Virus record (IMG/VR): IMGVR_UViG_3300025608_000081
Location: 1 to 25,908 of that record
DNA from: a virus
Taxonomy: Duplodnaviria > Caudoviricetes
Length of the DNA stretch: 25,908 bases
Direction: 5' to 3' (one strand)
Under the pieces are notes generated by a model that worked only from the letters and a program-made list of their open reading frames with translations, was not told the DNA's origin and did no database searches. Within the stretch, counting starts at the first letter, position 1, and each line of letters starts with the position of its first letter. Positions 24,598 to 25,908 of the stretch are shown in pieces. Both the position numbers and the translations under genes were made by a program.

Positions 24598-24717
24598 TAT
24601 ACTCTCCGATCCACGATTTGTAAATACCCTTCGTAATAAAACTTCCCACGATTTTTATATGTCCTTCGTAAAGTTATTTATTGGGGATTTGACTTTGTTA
24701 TGTTTTTGTGATATTCT

Positions 24718-24739
24718 GGGCCCCTAGATTTGGGGGCCC
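24718..24739. terminator. GC-rich hairpin, possible terminator
   Basis: GGGCCCCTA-GATT-TGGGGGCCC just past the stop of the minus-strand gene ending at 24746; no U-tract. Confidence 0.5.
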
Positions 24740-24745
24740 CGCCCC

Positions 24746-24883
24746 CTACGAGTCTCCCAGCTCCGCTTCTTCTGCTTCCACAAGGCCTTCCTCATCCATC
24801 CACTGCTTTAGCGAGTTCACCTCATCGAGGATAGCCTGTAGCTCCTCAATCTGCTTAGCTGTTGATGTTTCTGATGTACTCAT
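24746..24883 (-). CDS. 45-aa acidic hypothetical protein
   Basis: GAGAGG RBS before MSTSETSTAKQ (start 24883). Confidence 0.6.
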   Translation of the reverse strand: MSTSETSTAKQIEELQAILDEVNSLKQWMDEEGLVEAEEAELGDS

Positions 24884-25085
24884 TGTGTGCCTCTCTGTCG
24901 TCTGCTTTTTCTCTGTGATGCTTGGCAACCTCATAGATATGTTCTAAACGCTTGTACACCGTTATTCTAGCATACCTTCCAAAGTATAATCCAATCATAT
25001 CTAAATCAGTTCTAAGGTCAGAGAGGATGTCAATCAGCTTGTATGTGATTGTTTCTTCTCTTGTTGCTTTATGTCCGCTACTCAT
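24855..25085 (-). CDS. Hypothetical protein
   Basis: 76 aa; TACAAT 8 nt upstream of the ATG. Confidence 0.7.
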   Translation of the reverse strand: MSSGHKATREETITYKLIDILSDLRTDLDMIGLYFGRYARITVYKRLEHIYEVAKHHREKADDREAHNEYIRNINS

Positions 25086-25105
25086 ACTCTACTATTGTAC
25101 TCTCT

Positions 25106-25474
25106 TTAGGCTGGAATGTCTAGTCGCTGTTCATACCCTGGCAATGCCCACAGCAAGTTGGCAACACGCTCAGGGATATCTGTGTAGGTCTCAAAGAATG
25201 TATCTTTATCTAACCAGAAATCAGCGTCGGGTGTATAGTCACCACCTAGGTCTTCTCCCCATCCTAGAGTCAACCTCTTGGCCTCAGTCGGGGTAAGGAG
25301 AATAGTAGAGTGATACTCTCCGCTACCATACACAGCACCTACATAGGGATAGGTGTAGCATTCAATTGCCCAGCCTTCTTCCTCATACTCAGTCTCATAC
25401 CCACGCCTATCCCAAATGTTTAGGTCATAGTTCTCACAGATGATCGAATTGTTTAGACTAATAGTATTAGACAT
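25106..25474 (-). CDS. Acidic hypothetical protein
   Basis: GGAG RBS before MSNTISL at 25474. Confidence 0.7.
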   Translation of the reverse strand: MSNTISLNNSIICENYDLNIWDRRGYETEYEEEGWAIECYTYPYVGAVYGSGEYHSTILLTPTEAKRLTLGWGEDLGGDYTPDADFWLDKDTFFETYTDIPERVANLLWALPGYEQRLDIPA

Positions 25475-25871
25475 ATGCTCCAACTCCTCTAATGGCAAAC
25501 TTGGCAAGGTATTCGTCTACATTATATACTGTATGAGGCTCTAAGTCAATATACCCCCCAGCACTGTCCCACTTCTCTTCGTGAAGACTAATAGTCTTAT
25601 TAGCATAGTCATAGACAGGCACGGCGTAGCCATCACCCATAGCGGACAACTTGTTGATAGACATGCCTACCCCAGTCTCTTTGTCCCAGTCACGGTCAAT
25701 AACTCTTGAAACAAAGATACGTGTAAGGTATGCTTCGTCATCACCACGGCTCATGGAATGTGCGATGGCCTTGGCCACAATCTCGTTTGCGTCTTCTCCA
25801 CCCCAGTGCAGATAAAGAAAAATAGTATTACCATCTGTACCACGGATACCTACGTTTACTCTGTCTCCCAT
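25467..25871 (-). CDS. Hypothetical phage protein
   Basis: GGAAGGA RBS; MGDRVN...FLYLHWGG...YLTRI. Confidence 0.75.
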   Translation of the reverse strand: MGDRVNVGIRGTDGNTIFLYLHWGGEDANEIVAKAIAHSMSRGDDEAYLTRIFVSRVIDRDWDKETGVGMSINKLSAMGDGYAVPVYDYANKTISLHEEKWDSAGGYIDLEPHTVYNVDEYLAKFAIRGVGAYV

Positions 25872-25908
25872 TATTTGATTCCTTCCAGGATAGTTTCTAG
25901 TTGTGCGA

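Larger units (their letters stand above)
23820..24672. repeat. Five dispersed 27-bp sites CCACGAT-N12-TTCGTAA(T/A)
   Basis: Copies start at 23820, 24049, 24281, 24611 and 24646; each is ACGA-N14-TCGT in the same orientation. Confidence 0.85.

Noticed and set aside
23820-24672. CRISPR array interpretation of the 27-bp repeats
   Set aside because: The repeat centres vary, spacing is 35-330 bp, ORFs lie between copies, and there are no cas genes in the window.
726-25296. Numerous antisense or alternate-frame ORFs in the track (e.g. 726-1145, 2153-2446, 3188-3532, 7319-7723, 11382-11759, 15828-16289, 19052-19396, 24708-24947, 24952-25296)
   Set aside because: They overlap well-supported genes or tRNAs, and I found no convincing RBS, promoter or motif for them.
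1665-25507. Longest-ORF starts at 1665, 6100, 7760, 10741, 19722, 21586, 21747, 24934 and 25507
   Set aside because: Downstream ATGs fit promoter spacing, an RBS or stop-start coupling better.

Overview
This window is best read as a segment of a large, fairly AT-rich tailed-phage genome infecting Actinobacteria. The host inference rests on WhiB, FmdB-type and DUF3099 genes, an r1t-type holin, and actinobacterial-type class Ib RNR (nrdF) plus nrdH. Contents: the 3' part of nrdF, a papain-like peptidase, four tRNAs (Asn, Asp, Arg-UCU, Thr-UGU), a full-length catalase-peroxidase (katG), a lysis cassette (M23 endolysin and holins), a Zn deaminase, WhiB, a thermonuclease, a pyrimidine-dimer glycosylase-like gene, an island of glycosyltransferases and 2OG-Fe(II) oxygenases around a multidomain protein, and many small hypothetical genes. 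Structure not shown by the ORF track: (1) a promoter-defined ~85-nt three-way-junction RNA at 11356-11440; (2) five co-oriented copies of a 27-bp CCACGA-N14-TCGTAA(T/A) site separating micro-genes at 23820-24672; (3) three perfect tandem DnaA boxes at 23741-23773; (4) pervasive leaderless (TGn)TAnnnT-N6/7-ATG promoters that reveal unannotated microproteins; (5) convergent genes overlapping at their stop codons. Family assignments are from motif recognition only; no searches were run. The ORF 16520-17320 is on the minus strand, although the track labels it plus.
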